A stretch of DNA of 64,000 nt from NCBI GenBank assembly GCA_963840455.1, contig CAWIYV010000007.1, forward strand, positions 128,001-192,000. The letters are read 5' to 3'. The translations under genes were made by a program, and so were the position numbers. Shown here piece after piece: positions 41,797 through 51,133 of this stretch; the stretch's first letter is position 1; each line of letters opens with the position of its first letter. The notes under the pieces are model-generated. The model was not told the origin of the DNA. It saw only the letters and a program-made list of their open reading frames with translations, and made no database searches. The stretch comes from Nitrospirota bacterium. GTDB lineage: Bacteria; Nitrospirota; UBA9217.

Positions 41797-41899
41797 TAAC
41801 CACGGGTCCCGCTTCGCGGGACACACCGATGAAGAAAAGCAGGCTCTTCTTCGTTTCATGGTTTCAAATCACCGTGTGCGACGAAGTCGCCTGTGGTTA
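41797..41899. repeat. Inverted-repeat element with nested hairpins between nuoF and nuoG
   Basis: taaccacgg ... ctgtggtta outer arms; internal gtcccgc-ttc-gcgggac and gcgac-gaa-gtcgc; cacac/gtgtg inner arms. Confidence 0.75.
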
Positions 41900-41937
41900 A
41901 AATCCTTTTATCGATTTCAGAGTAAGGTCAACCACCT

Positions 41938-44121
41938 ATGGAAAATACGGTAACGGTAACCATCGACGGCGTGACGGTCAAGGTCAAGCCCACCGCCACC
42001 ATCCTGGAAGCGGCCAAGGCAGCGGGCGTGCGGATCCCGGTCCTCTGCGCCGATGACAAGCTCCATCCATACGGCTCCTGCCGCATTTGCATCGTGGAAG
42101 TGGAGAAGTCCCCCCGGAAGTTCACTCCCTCGTGCACCACGCCGGTGAACGACAACATGTCGGTCAAGACCATGTCGCCCGACCTGATCGAGGCGCGGAA
42201 GCGCATTCTCGAACTGCTGCTGAACAACCATCCGCTGGACTGCCCGATCTGCGACAAGGCCGGCAGCTGCCAGCTCCAGGACCTGGTGCACGAGTACGGC
42301 CTCGGACCGAGCCGGTTCCACGAACCGAAGCGCACCGTGGCGCCGAGCTACCATTCCAAGGTCATTGACCGCGAAGTGAGCCGCTGCGTCCTGTGCGGCA
42401 AATGCGTGCGGGTCTGCCGGGAGCAGAACGCCGTTGGCGAACTGGCCTTCACGCGGCGCGGCGACAAGTCCAAGGTCAGCACTGACTTCGACCAGCCGCT
42501 GGACTGCGAGTTCTGCGGCGAGTGCGTGGAGATCTGCCCCGTCGGCGCGCTGACCACCAAGCAGTTCAAGTACAAAGGCCGGACGTGGAACCTCGACCGG
42601 ACGACCTCGGTCTGCAACTACTGCGGCTGCGGCTGCAGGACGTCGTACGAATCACGGCTCGGCAGGATCGTGCGGGTGAAATCGGCCGCCCGGAACTACC
42701 TCTGCAGCAAGGGCCGCTTCGGCTGGGACGCCGTGCACCATCCCGACCGGCTTGCGACGCCGCTCGTGCGGGTCGGCGGCGAACTGGTCCCCGCGACGTG
42801 GGACGAGGCCCTCGCCATGGTCGTGACCAACCTGCATGTGATAAAGAACAAGAAGGGTGCCGACAGCATCGGCGGCCTCGGGTCGGTCAGGACAACGAAC
42901 GAGGAGAGCTACCTCTTCCAGAAGTTCATGCGGTCCGTGGTGGGGACGAACAACGTGGACCTGCTGGCGCGTCTCAAGATCCCGAAGGGCCTGAACACGG
43001 ACTTCTTCTCCGGAGAGATCCGGAAGATCGGCAGCCACGATGTCGTGCTGGTCCTGGACGGGGACGTGGGCGAGCTCAATCCCTTTACCGGGATCGAGAT
43101 CGTCCGCGCCGTGAGCCAGAACTATAAGAAGCTTGTGCTCGTGAACAGCGGGTTCAACAAGTTCAACCGCCTCGCCTCGGTGGTGCTCGATTATCTCACG
43201 CCTGAGGCAGCGCTGTCGGACCTGCTGCCGGCGCTCAGGACGGGCAAGGGCGGGAGCGATCGGGTGACGCAGGCCGCGGCCATCCTGAAGGAGGCGAACA
43301 GCGTCGCCGTCATCATTCCCGGACGGACCACGGACAAGGAATATGCCCAGATCAAGGAGCTCCTGCCGCTGCTGAAGGGCGTCACCACCTATCCCATCGT
43401 CCGCCGGAGCAATCTCCAGGGCGCGCTGGACATGGGAGTCATGCCTGATTATTATCCCGGCTACCAGAAGGTGGGCCCTGATGCAATGAGCAAGTTCACC
43501 GGATCGTGGAATGCCGTGCTGCCGGACAACCCCGGCCTCACGTCGCTGGAGATGCTGGCCGGGATCAGGACCGGCAAGATCGCGGCGCTTTACATCATGG
43601 GCGACGATCCGGCAGGGAGCGACAAGGGGCTGAAGGACATCCTGAGCAAGCTGGAGTTCCTCGTGGTCCAGGACATCTTCCTGACCGAGACCGCGAAGCT
43701 TGCCGACGTGGTCCTGCCTGCGTCGAGCATCGCCGAAAAGACCGGCACGTTCACCAACCTCGAACGCCGGCTCCAGCAGCTGAACCGCGCCGAGGAGCCC
43801 CACGGGGAGTCGCGGCCGGACTGGGACATCCTGCACACGCTGGCCAAGAAGATGGGCAGTTCCATGCACTACGCGTCGCCTGCGGACATCCTGAAGGAGA
43901 TCAGGGCCACGGTGCCGCTGTATACCGACCTCGACGCGGGCAGCGTCTGGCCCCGGGAGCGGTCGCCGCTGGCGGGCGCGGACGTGGACCTCTCTCTGGC
44001 GTCCGATACGGTCATGAAGAACGATGTCATCACGTCGGACCGTCTGCTGTTCTCCTCCGGGACGATGATCACCCGGTCCAAAGAGATCTCGACGCTCTGC
44101 CGTACCAAGGTGGAGGTATAG
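41938..44121 (+). CDS. nuoG: NADH-quinone oxidoreductase subunit G (long, molybdopterin-oxidoreductase-like)
   Basis: GSCRICIVE, HPLDCPICDKAGSC, CVLCGKCVRVC, CEFCGECVEICP, CNYCGCGC, ADVVLP...EKTGTFTN. Confidence 0.92.
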   Translation: MENTVTVTIDGVTVKVKPTATILEAAKAAGVRIPVLCADDKLHPYGSCRICIVEVEKSPRKFTPSCTTPVNDNMSVKTMSPDLIEARKRILELLLNNHPLDCPICDKAGSCQLQDLVHEYGLGPSRFHEPKRTVAPSYHSKVIDREVSRCVLCGKCVRVCREQNAVGELAFTRRGDKSKVSTDFDQPLDCEFCGECVEICPVGALTTKQFKYKGRTWNLDRTTSVCNYCGCGCRTSYESRLGRIVRVKSAARNYLCSKGRFGWDAVHHPDRLATPLVRVGGELVPATWDEALAMVVTNLHVIKNKKGADSIGGLGSVRTTNEESYLFQKFMRSVVGTNNVDLLARLKIPKGLNTDFFSGEIRKIGSHDVVLVLDGDVGELNPFTGIEIVRAVSQNYKKLVLVNSGFNKFNRLASVVLDYLTPEAALSDLLPALRTGKGGSDRVTQAAAILKEANSVAVIIPGRTTDKEYAQIKELLPLLKGVTTYPIVRRSNLQGALDMGVMPDYYPGYQKVGPDAMSKFTGSWNAVLPDNPGLTSLEMLAGIRTGKIAALYIMGDDPAGSDKGLKDILSKLEFLVVQDIFLTETAKLADVVLPASSIAEKTGTFTNLERRLQQLNRAEEPHGESRPDWDILHTLAKKMGSSMHYASPADILKEIRATVPLYTDLDAGSVWPRERSPLAGADVDLSLASDTVMKNDVITSDRLLFSSGTMITRSKEISTLCRTKVEV

Positions 44122-44130
44122 GAGCGGACC

Positions 44131-45216
44131 ATGCCTGATATGCACCAGATCCTCACTCTCGTCGTCAGCATCGGGATCCCCGTCGTGGTCCTGCTGAGCT
44201 TCATCCTGGCGAACGCCATGTATCTGCAGCTCATGGAGCGCAAGGTGCTCGCGCACATGCAGTCGCGGCTCGGGCCCATGCGCGCCGGATGGCATGGCAT
44301 CCTGCAGCCGGTGGCCGACGCGGTCAAGTTCATGTTCAAAGAGGACATCATCCCGGCGAAGGCGGACAAGTGGGTGTTCAGCCTTGCGCCGCTCATTTTT
44401 CTGGTAATGGCCTTCGGAGCCTTCGTGGCGATCCCCTTTGGACCTCCCACGGATTTCTTCGGGATCCTGTCGCATAAGGTGCCGCTCTGGGTATCGAACC
44501 TGAACATCGGCGTGCTCTACATCGTCGCTTTGGCGAGCGTCGGCACCTACGGCGTGATCATGGCCGGATGGGCGTCGAACAACAAGTACTCGCTCATGGG
44601 GGGCTTCCGCTCCGCGGCGCAGATGATCAGCTACGAGATCCCCATGGCCTTCGCGATCGTGACGGTGGTGCTGATGGCGGGATCCCTGAACCTCAGCGAT
44701 ATCGTCAACGCTCAGTCCAAGAAGTGGTTCATCACCGTTCTCCCCGTGGGCCCGGTCGCGTTCTTCCTCTATCTGTTCGCCGGAATCGCCGAGACGAACC
44801 GCGCGCCCTTCGACCTGCCCGAGGCCGAGAGCGAGCTCGTGGCGGGGTACTTCACCGAGTACAGCGGCATCCGGTTCGGCATCTTCTACATGGCCGAGTA
44901 CATGAACATGATGATCGTGTCCCTGCTGGTGAGCATCATGTTCCTGGGCGGCTGGAATCCCGTCCAGATATTCCCGACGTGGCTGGGCCACATCGGCATC
45001 ATTGCCGGGATCAACAAGGCCCTTGCCTTCATCCCGCCGACGATCTGGCTCCTGGGCAAGCTCTACTTCTTCATATTCTTTTATATGTGGATCCGGGCGA
45101 CGCTTCCCCGGTATCGCTATGACCAGCTCATGATGATCGCCTGGAAATTCCTGCTGCCGCTCTCCCTGGGCACCCTGCTGGTCGCGGCCTTCATGAAGCA
45201 GGCAGGCTGGATGTAG
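44131..45216 (+). CDS. nuoH: NADH-quinone oxidoreductase subunit H
   Basis: ERKVLA, QPVADAVK, AETNRAPFDLPEAESEL, PRYRYDQLM. Confidence 0.96.
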   Translation: MPDMHQILTLVVSIGIPVVVLLSFILANAMYLQLMERKVLAHMQSRLGPMRAGWHGILQPVADAVKFMFKEDIIPAKADKWVFSLAPLIFLVMAFGAFVAIPFGPPTDFFGILSHKVPLWVSNLNIGVLYIVALASVGTYGVIMAGWASNNKYSLMGGFRSAAQMISYEIPMAFAIVTVVLMAGSLNLSDIVNAQSKKWFITVLPVGPVAFFLYLFAGIAETNRAPFDLPEAESELVAGYFTEYSGIRFGIFYMAEYMNMMIVSLLVSIMFLGGWNPVQIFPTWLGHIGIIAGINKALAFIPPTIWLLGKLYFFIFFYMWIRATLPRYRYDQLMMIAWKFLLPLSLGTLLVAAFMKQAGWM

Positions 45217-45326
45217 ATCCCGGTAGAGTACAGAGAATGCCGTCGGTTCATGGTTATGATATGGCAATGATGTTCACCCCGTTGGAAACAGTGGATGTTC
45301 TCACGGGGTAGGAGAGGTCCCTGACG

Positions 45327-45800
45327 ATGTCTAAACTGAAAAAAGCAATCAAAACGATCTTCATGCTCGAGATTGCCGAGGGCATGTGGCTCACGCTCAA
45401 GACCATGCTTACGCCCGCGGTGACGCGACAGTACCCGACGTTCAAGCGCAAGCCCTTTGCCGGCTCACGGGGGCTTCATTACATGGACCGTGATGACACC
45501 GGCCAGAAGGAGCGGTGCATCGGGTGCGGCCTGTGTGAGGCGGTCTGCCCGGCCAAGGCGATCACTGTCGTCACCACCAAGGGTTCCGATTATGAGAAGG
45601 TCGTGTCGGCCTATGAGCTCGATCTCTTGAGATGTGTTTTCTGTGGATTTTGCGTGGATGCCTGCCCGGTGAACGCCATCAAGATGTCGCCGAACTTCGA
45701 ACTGGCCTGCTACTCGCGCAAGGACGTCTTCTATACCAAGGACCGGCTCGTCGAAGTGGGGGACAAGTACCTGGGGAGGAAGAAGGAGGGGACGAAATGA
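45327..45800 (+). CDS. nuoI: NADH-quinone oxidoreductase subunit I
   Basis: CIGCGLCEAVCP and CVFCGFCVDACP. Confidence 0.96.
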   Translation: MSKLKKAIKTIFMLEIAEGMWLTLKTMLTPAVTRQYPTFKRKPFAGSRGLHYMDRDDTGQKERCIGCGLCEAVCPAKAITVVTTKGSDYEKVVSAYELDLLRCVFCGFCVDACPVNAIKMSPNFELACYSRKDVFYTKDRLVEVGDKYLGRKKEGTK

Positions 45801-46303
45801 TCCACCAGCTCATCTTCCTGTACTTTGCGGCGGTCATCATCGTATCCGCCGTCCTCATGGTCACCCGCCGGAACCTCATCCACAGCGTGATGTTCATGCT
45901 GCTCCTGTTCTTCCATATCGCGGGAGTGTTCGTTCTCCTGAACGCCGAGTTCCTTGCGGCGGTGCAGCTCATCGTCTATGCCGGCGCCATCCTCATTCTG
46001 TACCTCTTCGTGGTGATGCTCCTGAGCGTGGACCGGGAGACGCAGTCAGTCAGGGCGAACCGCTTCTGGCCCTGGCTGATCGGTTTCGGATTCGTCATCG
46101 CCGCCGAGATCGCGCTGCTGGTCCTGCGCGGGTCCTTCCCGGCGGACCGCGGCCAGGCCGTGAAAAATGCTGGTGCCGGGGTCAGGGAGCTTGGCGTCGA
46201 ACTGTACACGAATTACCTGGTCCCGTTCGAGATCGCATCGGTCATCCTGCTCGTGGGCCTGGTCGGCGCGGTGATGCTGGCGAAGAAGAAAGTGAAAGAA
46301 TAA
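45797..46303 (+). CDS. nuoJ: NADH-quinone oxidoreductase subunit J
   Basis: AEFLAAVQLIVYAGAI, PFEIASVILL; ATG 45797 overlaps the nuoI stop. Confidence 0.95.
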   Translation: MIHQLIFLYFAAVIIVSAVLMVTRRNLIHSVMFMLLLFFHIAGVFVLLNAEFLAAVQLIVYAGAILILYLFVVMLLSVDRETQSVRANRFWPWLIGFGFVIAAEIALLVLRGSFPADRGQAVKNAGAGVRELGVELYTNYLVPFEIASVILLVGLVGAVMLAKKKVKE

Positions 46304-46312
46304 TCAAAGCCA

Positions 46313-46389
46313 ATTGCGGAATGCGGATTTCGGATTGAAAAGCAAAGCCACCGGAGATTGATCCGCAATCTGAAATCTACAATCGAAAT
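46313..46389. repeat. 7-nt-unit inverted repeat between nuoJ and nuoK
   Basis: attgcgg-aatgcgg-atttcgg-att ... atccgca-atctgaa-atctaca-atcgaaat. Confidence 0.8.
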
Positions 46390-46403
46390 CGTTCGGAGGT
46401 CCC

Positions 46404-46706
46404 ATGGTTCCCTTGTCCTGGTATATCCTGCTCAGCGCGGCCCTGTTCACCATCGGTGTGGTCGGCGTGCTGAGCCGGCGCAACGTCTTCATCATCCTCA
46501 TGTCCATCGAGCTGATGCTGAACGCCGCCAACATCAACCTGATCGCATTCTCGCATTATCTCCAGAACCTGACAGGCCAGATCTTCGCCATTTTCGTCAT
46601 TACGGTGGCGGCGGCCGAAGCGGCCGTTGCCCTCGCGCTTATCATCCTCCTCGCGCGGAACCGCGGGACCGTCTACGTGGACGAGTTTAATCTCATGAAG
46701 GGATAG
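46404..46706 (+). CDS. nuoK: NADH-quinone oxidoreductase subunit K
   Basis: [21 protein letters not shown]. Confidence 0.96.
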   Translation: MVPLSWYILLSAALFTIGVVGVLSRRNVFIILMSIELMLNAANINLIAFSHYLQNLTGQIFAIFVITVAAAEAAVALALIILLARNRGTVYVDEFNLMKG

Positions 46707-46746
46707 CCCGGGACCGTTCCGGACCGATGCTTCCGAGGTAGAGACC

Positions 46747-48666
46747 ATGCTCAAATACATACTGATACCGCTCCTGCCGTTCACCGGCTTTCTCATCGCC
46801 GGGCTGTTCGGGAAATACCTCAAGGAACGCGCAGCCGTTGTTGCGGTGGCCGGGGTCTTCGGCTCCTTCGTCTTTGCCGTGAGCGCGTTCATTGATGTGC
46901 TGGGCGGCACGCTCATCGACGAGAACCTTTACTCCTGGATCGCCATCGGCAGCCTCAACATCACCGTGGGGTTCCAGGTCGACCAGCTGACCGCGGTGAT
47001 GCTGATGGTCGTGACGACGCTCAGCACGCTCATCCATATCTATTCCATCGGCTACATGCACGGGGACAAGGGCTTTGCGCGGTTCTTCGCCTACCTCGAG
47101 CTCTTCACCTTCTTTATGCTGGTCCTGGTGATGGCCAACAACTTCCTGCTCATGTTCGTGGGCTGGGAAGGGGTGGGGCTCTGCTCCTATCTGCTGATCG
47201 GGTTCTGGTACGAGAAAAAGTCGGCAACCGACGCCGGCATCAAGGCCTTCGTGGTGAACCGTGTGGGCGACTTCGGGTTCGTGCTTGGCGTGATGCTCAT
47301 CTTCGTGACCTTCGGGTCACTGGACTTCACCGATGTGTTCAAGGCCGCCTCTACGCCTGCAGCGGCACAGACCGTCAGTTTGCTCGGCGTTGAGATGAGC
47401 GTGATCACGCTCATCTGCCTGCTGCTCTTCGTCGGCGCCACCGGAAAGTCAGCCCAGATCCCGCTGTATGTCTGGCTGCCGGACGCCATGGAAGGCCCGA
47501 CCCCGGTCAGCGCCCTCATCCACGCGGCGACCATGGTCACCGCCGGCGTGTTCATGGTGGCCCGTTGCTCGCCGCTCTTTTCCCTGTCGCATACGGCCAT
47601 GACCGTCGTTGCGGTCACGGGCGGGCTCACCGCATTCTTTGCCGCCACCATCGGCCTGGTCCAGAACGACATCAAGCGCGTGATCGCCTATTCCACGATC
47701 AGCCAGCTCGGGTACATGTTCATGGGGCTCGGGGTGGGCGCGTTCGCTGCGGGCATCTTCCATCTCACGACCCATGCCTTCTTCAAGGGGCTCCTGTTCC
47801 TCGCCTCGGGCAGCGTGATCCACGCCCTCTCCGGCGAGCAGGACATGCGCAAGATGGGGTCCCTCAAGTCGAAGATCAAGGTCACCTATGCGGTGTTCGT
47901 GATCGGTTCGCTCGCCCTTGCCGGCATATTCCCCTTCGCCGGCTTCTTCAGCAAGGACGAGATCCTCTGGAGCGTCTACGGTTCGAACTGGATGCTGTGG
48001 GTCGTCGGCGTCATCGGCGCGCTGATGACGGCGTTCTACTCGTTCCGGCTCATCTATCTCACGTTCTACGGCACTTCGCGCATGGACCACGAGGTCGAGC
48101 ATCATGTCCATGAGTCGCCGACGATCATGACGGTGCCTCTCATGATCCTGGCGTTCTTCTCGATCACCATAGGCCTTATCGGCATCCCGGGTGCGCTCAT
48201 CTCTCACGCGAACCTCTTCGGCGAGTTCCTGGCGCCGGTCTTTCCGGAGGCCCATCACGGCGGCGCGGAGAGCAGGACGCTGGAGATCGGCCTCATGATC
48301 TTCTCGGTCATGGTCGCCTTGATCGGCATTCGGATAGCCTATACCCTGTATGTGAAGAAACCGGCCATCCCGGACCAGATTGCCGAAAAGTTCAAGGGTC
48401 TCTACAATCTGCTCCTGAACAAGTACAAGGTCGATGAAGTGTATAACTATATCTTTGTCGACGGGCTGGTGCATAAGCTCGCCAAGTTCCTTCATACGGT
48501 GGGAGATGTCAAGATCATAGACGGCTTCATCAATGGAGCCGCCGCTGCCATCGGCAGGACGAGCGAACGGGGGAGAAAACTCCAGGCCGGCTTCGTCCAG
48601 GAATACGCCTTCACCATGGGGCTGGGCCTCGTGGTGCTCATGGGGCTGTATTACGTGTTACGGTAG
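46747..48666 (+). CDS. nuoL: NADH-quinone oxidoreductase subunit L
   Basis: GWEGVG, GKSAQIPL, WLPDAMEGPTPVSALIHAATMV, THAFFK. Confidence 0.96.
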   Translation: MLKYILIPLLPFTGFLIAGLFGKYLKERAAVVAVAGVFGSFVFAVSAFIDVLGGTLIDENLYSWIAIGSLNITVGFQVDQLTAVMLMVVTTLSTLIHIYSIGYMHGDKGFARFFAYLELFTFFMLVLVMANNFLLMFVGWEGVGLCSYLLIGFWYEKKSATDAGIKAFVVNRVGDFGFVLGVMLIFVTFGSLDFTDVFKAASTPAAAQTVSLLGVEMSVITLICLLLFVGATGKSAQIPLYVWLPDAMEGPTPVSALIHAATMVTAGVFMVARCSPLFSLSHTAMTVVAVTGGLTAFFAATIGLVQNDIKRVIAYSTISQLGYMFMGLGVGAFAAGIFHLTTHAFFKGLLFLASGSVIHALSGEQDMRKMGSLKSKIKVTYAVFVIGSLALAGIFPFAGFFSKDEILWSVYGSNWMLWVVGVIGALMTAFYSFRLIYLTFYGTSRMDHEVEHHVHESPTIMTVPLMILAFFSITIGLIGIPGALISHANLFGEFLAPVFPEAHHGGAESRTLEIGLMIFSVMVALIGIRIAYTLYVKKPAIPDQIAEKFKGLYNLLLNKYKVDEVYNYIFVDGLVHKLAKFLHTVGDVKIIDGFINGAAAAIGRTSERGRKLQAGFVQEYAFTMGLGLVVLMGLYYVLR

Positions 48667-48725
48667 GCCGTTGACCGGAAGCAGAAACTGTTTTGAAGGG
48701 TCCCTAAACGCTCATAGGTCGGAGA

Positions 48726-49496
48726 ATGACCATGCGAGAGATGAAGCGCGGTCTGCAGCAATGTCTGTCCGTAGCGGTGCTGCTAGTGTTGGCAACAGTG
48801 AGTACGGCACGGTCACAGGAAGTGCTGCCGGAACAGGCACCGCCGCCGGCGCAGACGCCACAGACAGGCGCAGCGCCGCAGGAGCTGCTCAATACGGCCG
48901 GGAAGGTACGCCTTTCGCTGCACGGGGTGCTGGGCTTCGGGTTCGATAAGGTCGATGTCGGCACAACGATCTCGGGTGATACGGTCTCGATCAGCGGAGG
49001 CGGAGGACTTGGGGGAGGTGCGGGAATCGCGTTTGGTCTCTCGCGAAGCCTGGATCTTGACCTTGACCTCGGCTTTCAGGGGGGCGGCATGACTCCCCCG
49101 GTCGACAACGCGGACGGGTCGTTCACGCGCGGTTATTTCCTCGCGACGCTCAAGTACAAGAAACCCACCTCGGGCACCGGTCAGTTCAAGTTCGGGGCGG
49201 GGCTCGGCGCATATTTCGGCGGCAAGCTGAAGTTCAATCGGACGGACATGAATTTTAACGAGGAGGTCGACTACGACCCGGCCGTCGGTCTGCACTTCAC
49301 CGGAGAGTTCGAGCGCTTCATCAGTCCGAACGTTTCTTTCAATATCGGGGCCAAGATCTATTTTGTAGAGTACAAGGCGAAGTCCTACACGTTCAATTCT
49401 GTCGATGTGCCCGTTTCGGCGCTCAAGGACGATGTCCGGAATCTCAACGGCAGCGGTATGGACCTCCTGATCGGCATCAACATGTACTTTAATTAA
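48726..49496 (+). CDS. Outer-membrane beta-barrel protein inside the nuo operon
   Basis: Signal peptide, P/Q-rich linker, amphipathic beta strands, C-terminal IGINMYFN beta-signal. Confidence 0.75.
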   Translation: MTMREMKRGLQQCLSVAVLLVLATVSTARSQEVLPEQAPPPAQTPQTGAAPQELLNTAGKVRLSLHGVLGFGFDKVDVGTTISGDTVSISGGGGLGGGAGIAFGLSRSLDLDLDLGFQGGGMTPPVDNADGSFTRGYFLATLKYKKPTSGTGQFKFGAGLGAYFGGKLKFNRTDMNFNEEVDYDPAVGLHFTGEFERFISPNVSFNIGAKIYFVEYKAKSYTFNSVDVPVSALKDDVRNLNGSGMDLLIGINMYFN

Positions 49497-49578
49497 GGGA
49501 CCCCTTCTCGGAGGGGTCCGGTCGCACTTTGTATGGCAGTATCAACCATTTGCACTCTTTCGTGAAGGAGCCTGATAC

Positions 49579-51117
49579 ATGCTCGAACTTATGCCAAACC
49601 AGCTCGGGTATCCTCTCCTGAGCCTCCTCATCTTCGTTCCGGTCATCGGAGCGATTGTCCTGCTCGCTGTGCGCGATGCCCGGGCGGCCCGGTGGATCGC
49701 GCTGCTGTTCTCGATCGTGGAACTCGGTCTCTGCATGCCGCTTTTCGGGAACTTTAACAGCTCGGTGGCGCACATGCAGTTCGGCGAGTCCATGCCCTGG
49801 ATTGCGGCCTGGAACATCCATTACAAGCTCGGCGTGGACGGCATCAGTGTGCTGTTCGTGGGGTTGTCCGCACTCCTCACGGTCATCTCCATCATGGTGT
49901 CATGGACCGCGGTGACGGAACGCGTGCGCGAGTTCATGATCGCCCTGCTGTTCCTCGAAGCCGCGATGATCGGGGTGTTTCTTGCCCTCGACCTTTTCCT
50001 CTTCTACATATTCTGGGAAGCAATGCTCATCCCCATGTACCTTCTCATCGGCGTATGGGGAGGTCCGAACCGGCTGTACGCCGCAGTCAAGTTCTTCCTC
50101 TACACCCTGGTCGGCAGCGTGCTGATGCTGGTCGCTATCCTGGCCATTTATTTTTCGGCGGGAGGGACCTTTGACGTCCTCACGCTCATGAATTACAAGT
50201 TCGGCCACGCGTTCCAGATGTGGGCCTTTGCGGCCTTCTTCGCCGCCTTTGCGGTGAAAGTGCCCATGTTCCCGTTCCATACATGGCTGCCCGACGCCCA
50301 CGTGGAGGCGCCGACCGCCGGCAGCATTATCCTTGCCGGCATCCTCATCAAGATGGGGGCATACGGCTTCCTGCGATTCTCCCTGCCGTTCTTCCCGGAT
50401 GCTACGATTGCCTACACGCCGGCCATCATGGTCCTTTCTGTGATCGGCATTATCTACGGCGCTTACATGGCCTTTGCCCAGACGGACTTCAAGAAGCTCA
50501 TTGCCTATTCGAGCGTGAGCCACATGGGCTTCGTCACGCTCGGCATCTTCGCGATGAACAGCCAGGGCCTCGAGGGCGGCATCCTTCAGATGATCAACCA
50601 CGGCGTCTCAACCGGAGCGCTGTTCTTCGGTGTCGGCGTCATCTATGAAAGGACCCATACGAGGGTGATCGCGGATTACGGCGGGCTCGCCTCGAAGGTC
50701 CCGGTGTACGCCGCCTTCTTTATGATCATCACCCTGTCGTCCATCGGGCTCCCGGGCACGAACGGCTTTGTGGGTGAGTTCACCATCCTCCTGGGCGCAT
50801 TCCAGCACAAGGCGATCTACGCGGTGATCGCGTCCATCGGCATCATCCTGGGCGCGGGATACATGCTCTGGCTGTATCAGCGGATCATCTTCGGCACCGT
50901 CACCAATCCCCACAATGAACACCTGACGGACATGAACCCGCGTGAGATCGTGGCGGCGCTGCCGCTGGTCATCCTGGTGTTCGTTGTCGGTCTCTACCCG
51001 AACGCAGCGTTCCAGGTCATGCATGCTTCGGCGGACAACCTCATCAAACATGTCCATGCCAAGGCATCCGTCGTACCGGCCGCTGTGCAGGCGGCGAGCG
51101 CCCTGGTCGGAAATTAG
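49579..51117 (+). CDS. nuoM: NADH-quinone oxidoreductase subunit M
   Basis: FWEAMLIP, KVPMFPFHTWLPDAHVEAP, IAYSSVSHMG, GLPGTNGFVGE. Confidence 0.96.
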   Translation: MLELMPNQLGYPLLSLLIFVPVIGAIVLLAVRDARAARWIALLFSIVELGLCMPLFGNFNSSVAHMQFGESMPWIAAWNIHYKLGVDGISVLFVGLSALLTVISIMVSWTAVTERVREFMIALLFLEAAMIGVFLALDLFLFYIFWEAMLIPMYLLIGVWGGPNRLYAAVKFFLYTLVGSVLMLVAILAIYFSAGGTFDVLTLMNYKFGHAFQMWAFAAFFAAFAVKVPMFPFHTWLPDAHVEAPTAGSIILAGILIKMGAYGFLRFSLPFFPDATIAYTPAIMVLSVIGIIYGAYMAFAQTDFKKLIAYSSVSHMGFVTLGIFAMNSQGLEGGILQMINHGVSTGALFFGVGVIYERTHTRVIADYGGLASKVPVYAAFFMIITLSSIGLPGTNGFVGEFTILLGAFQHKAIYAVIASIGIILGAGYMLWLYQRIIFGTVTNPHNEHLTDMNPREIVAALPLVILVFVVGLYPNAAFQVMHASADNLIKHVHAKASVVPAAVQAASALVGN

Positions 51118-51133
51118 GTAAGGAGAGGCATTC

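Noticed and set aside
42652-45267. 871-aa minus-strand ORF
   Set aside because: Antisense shadow of nuoG and nuoH.
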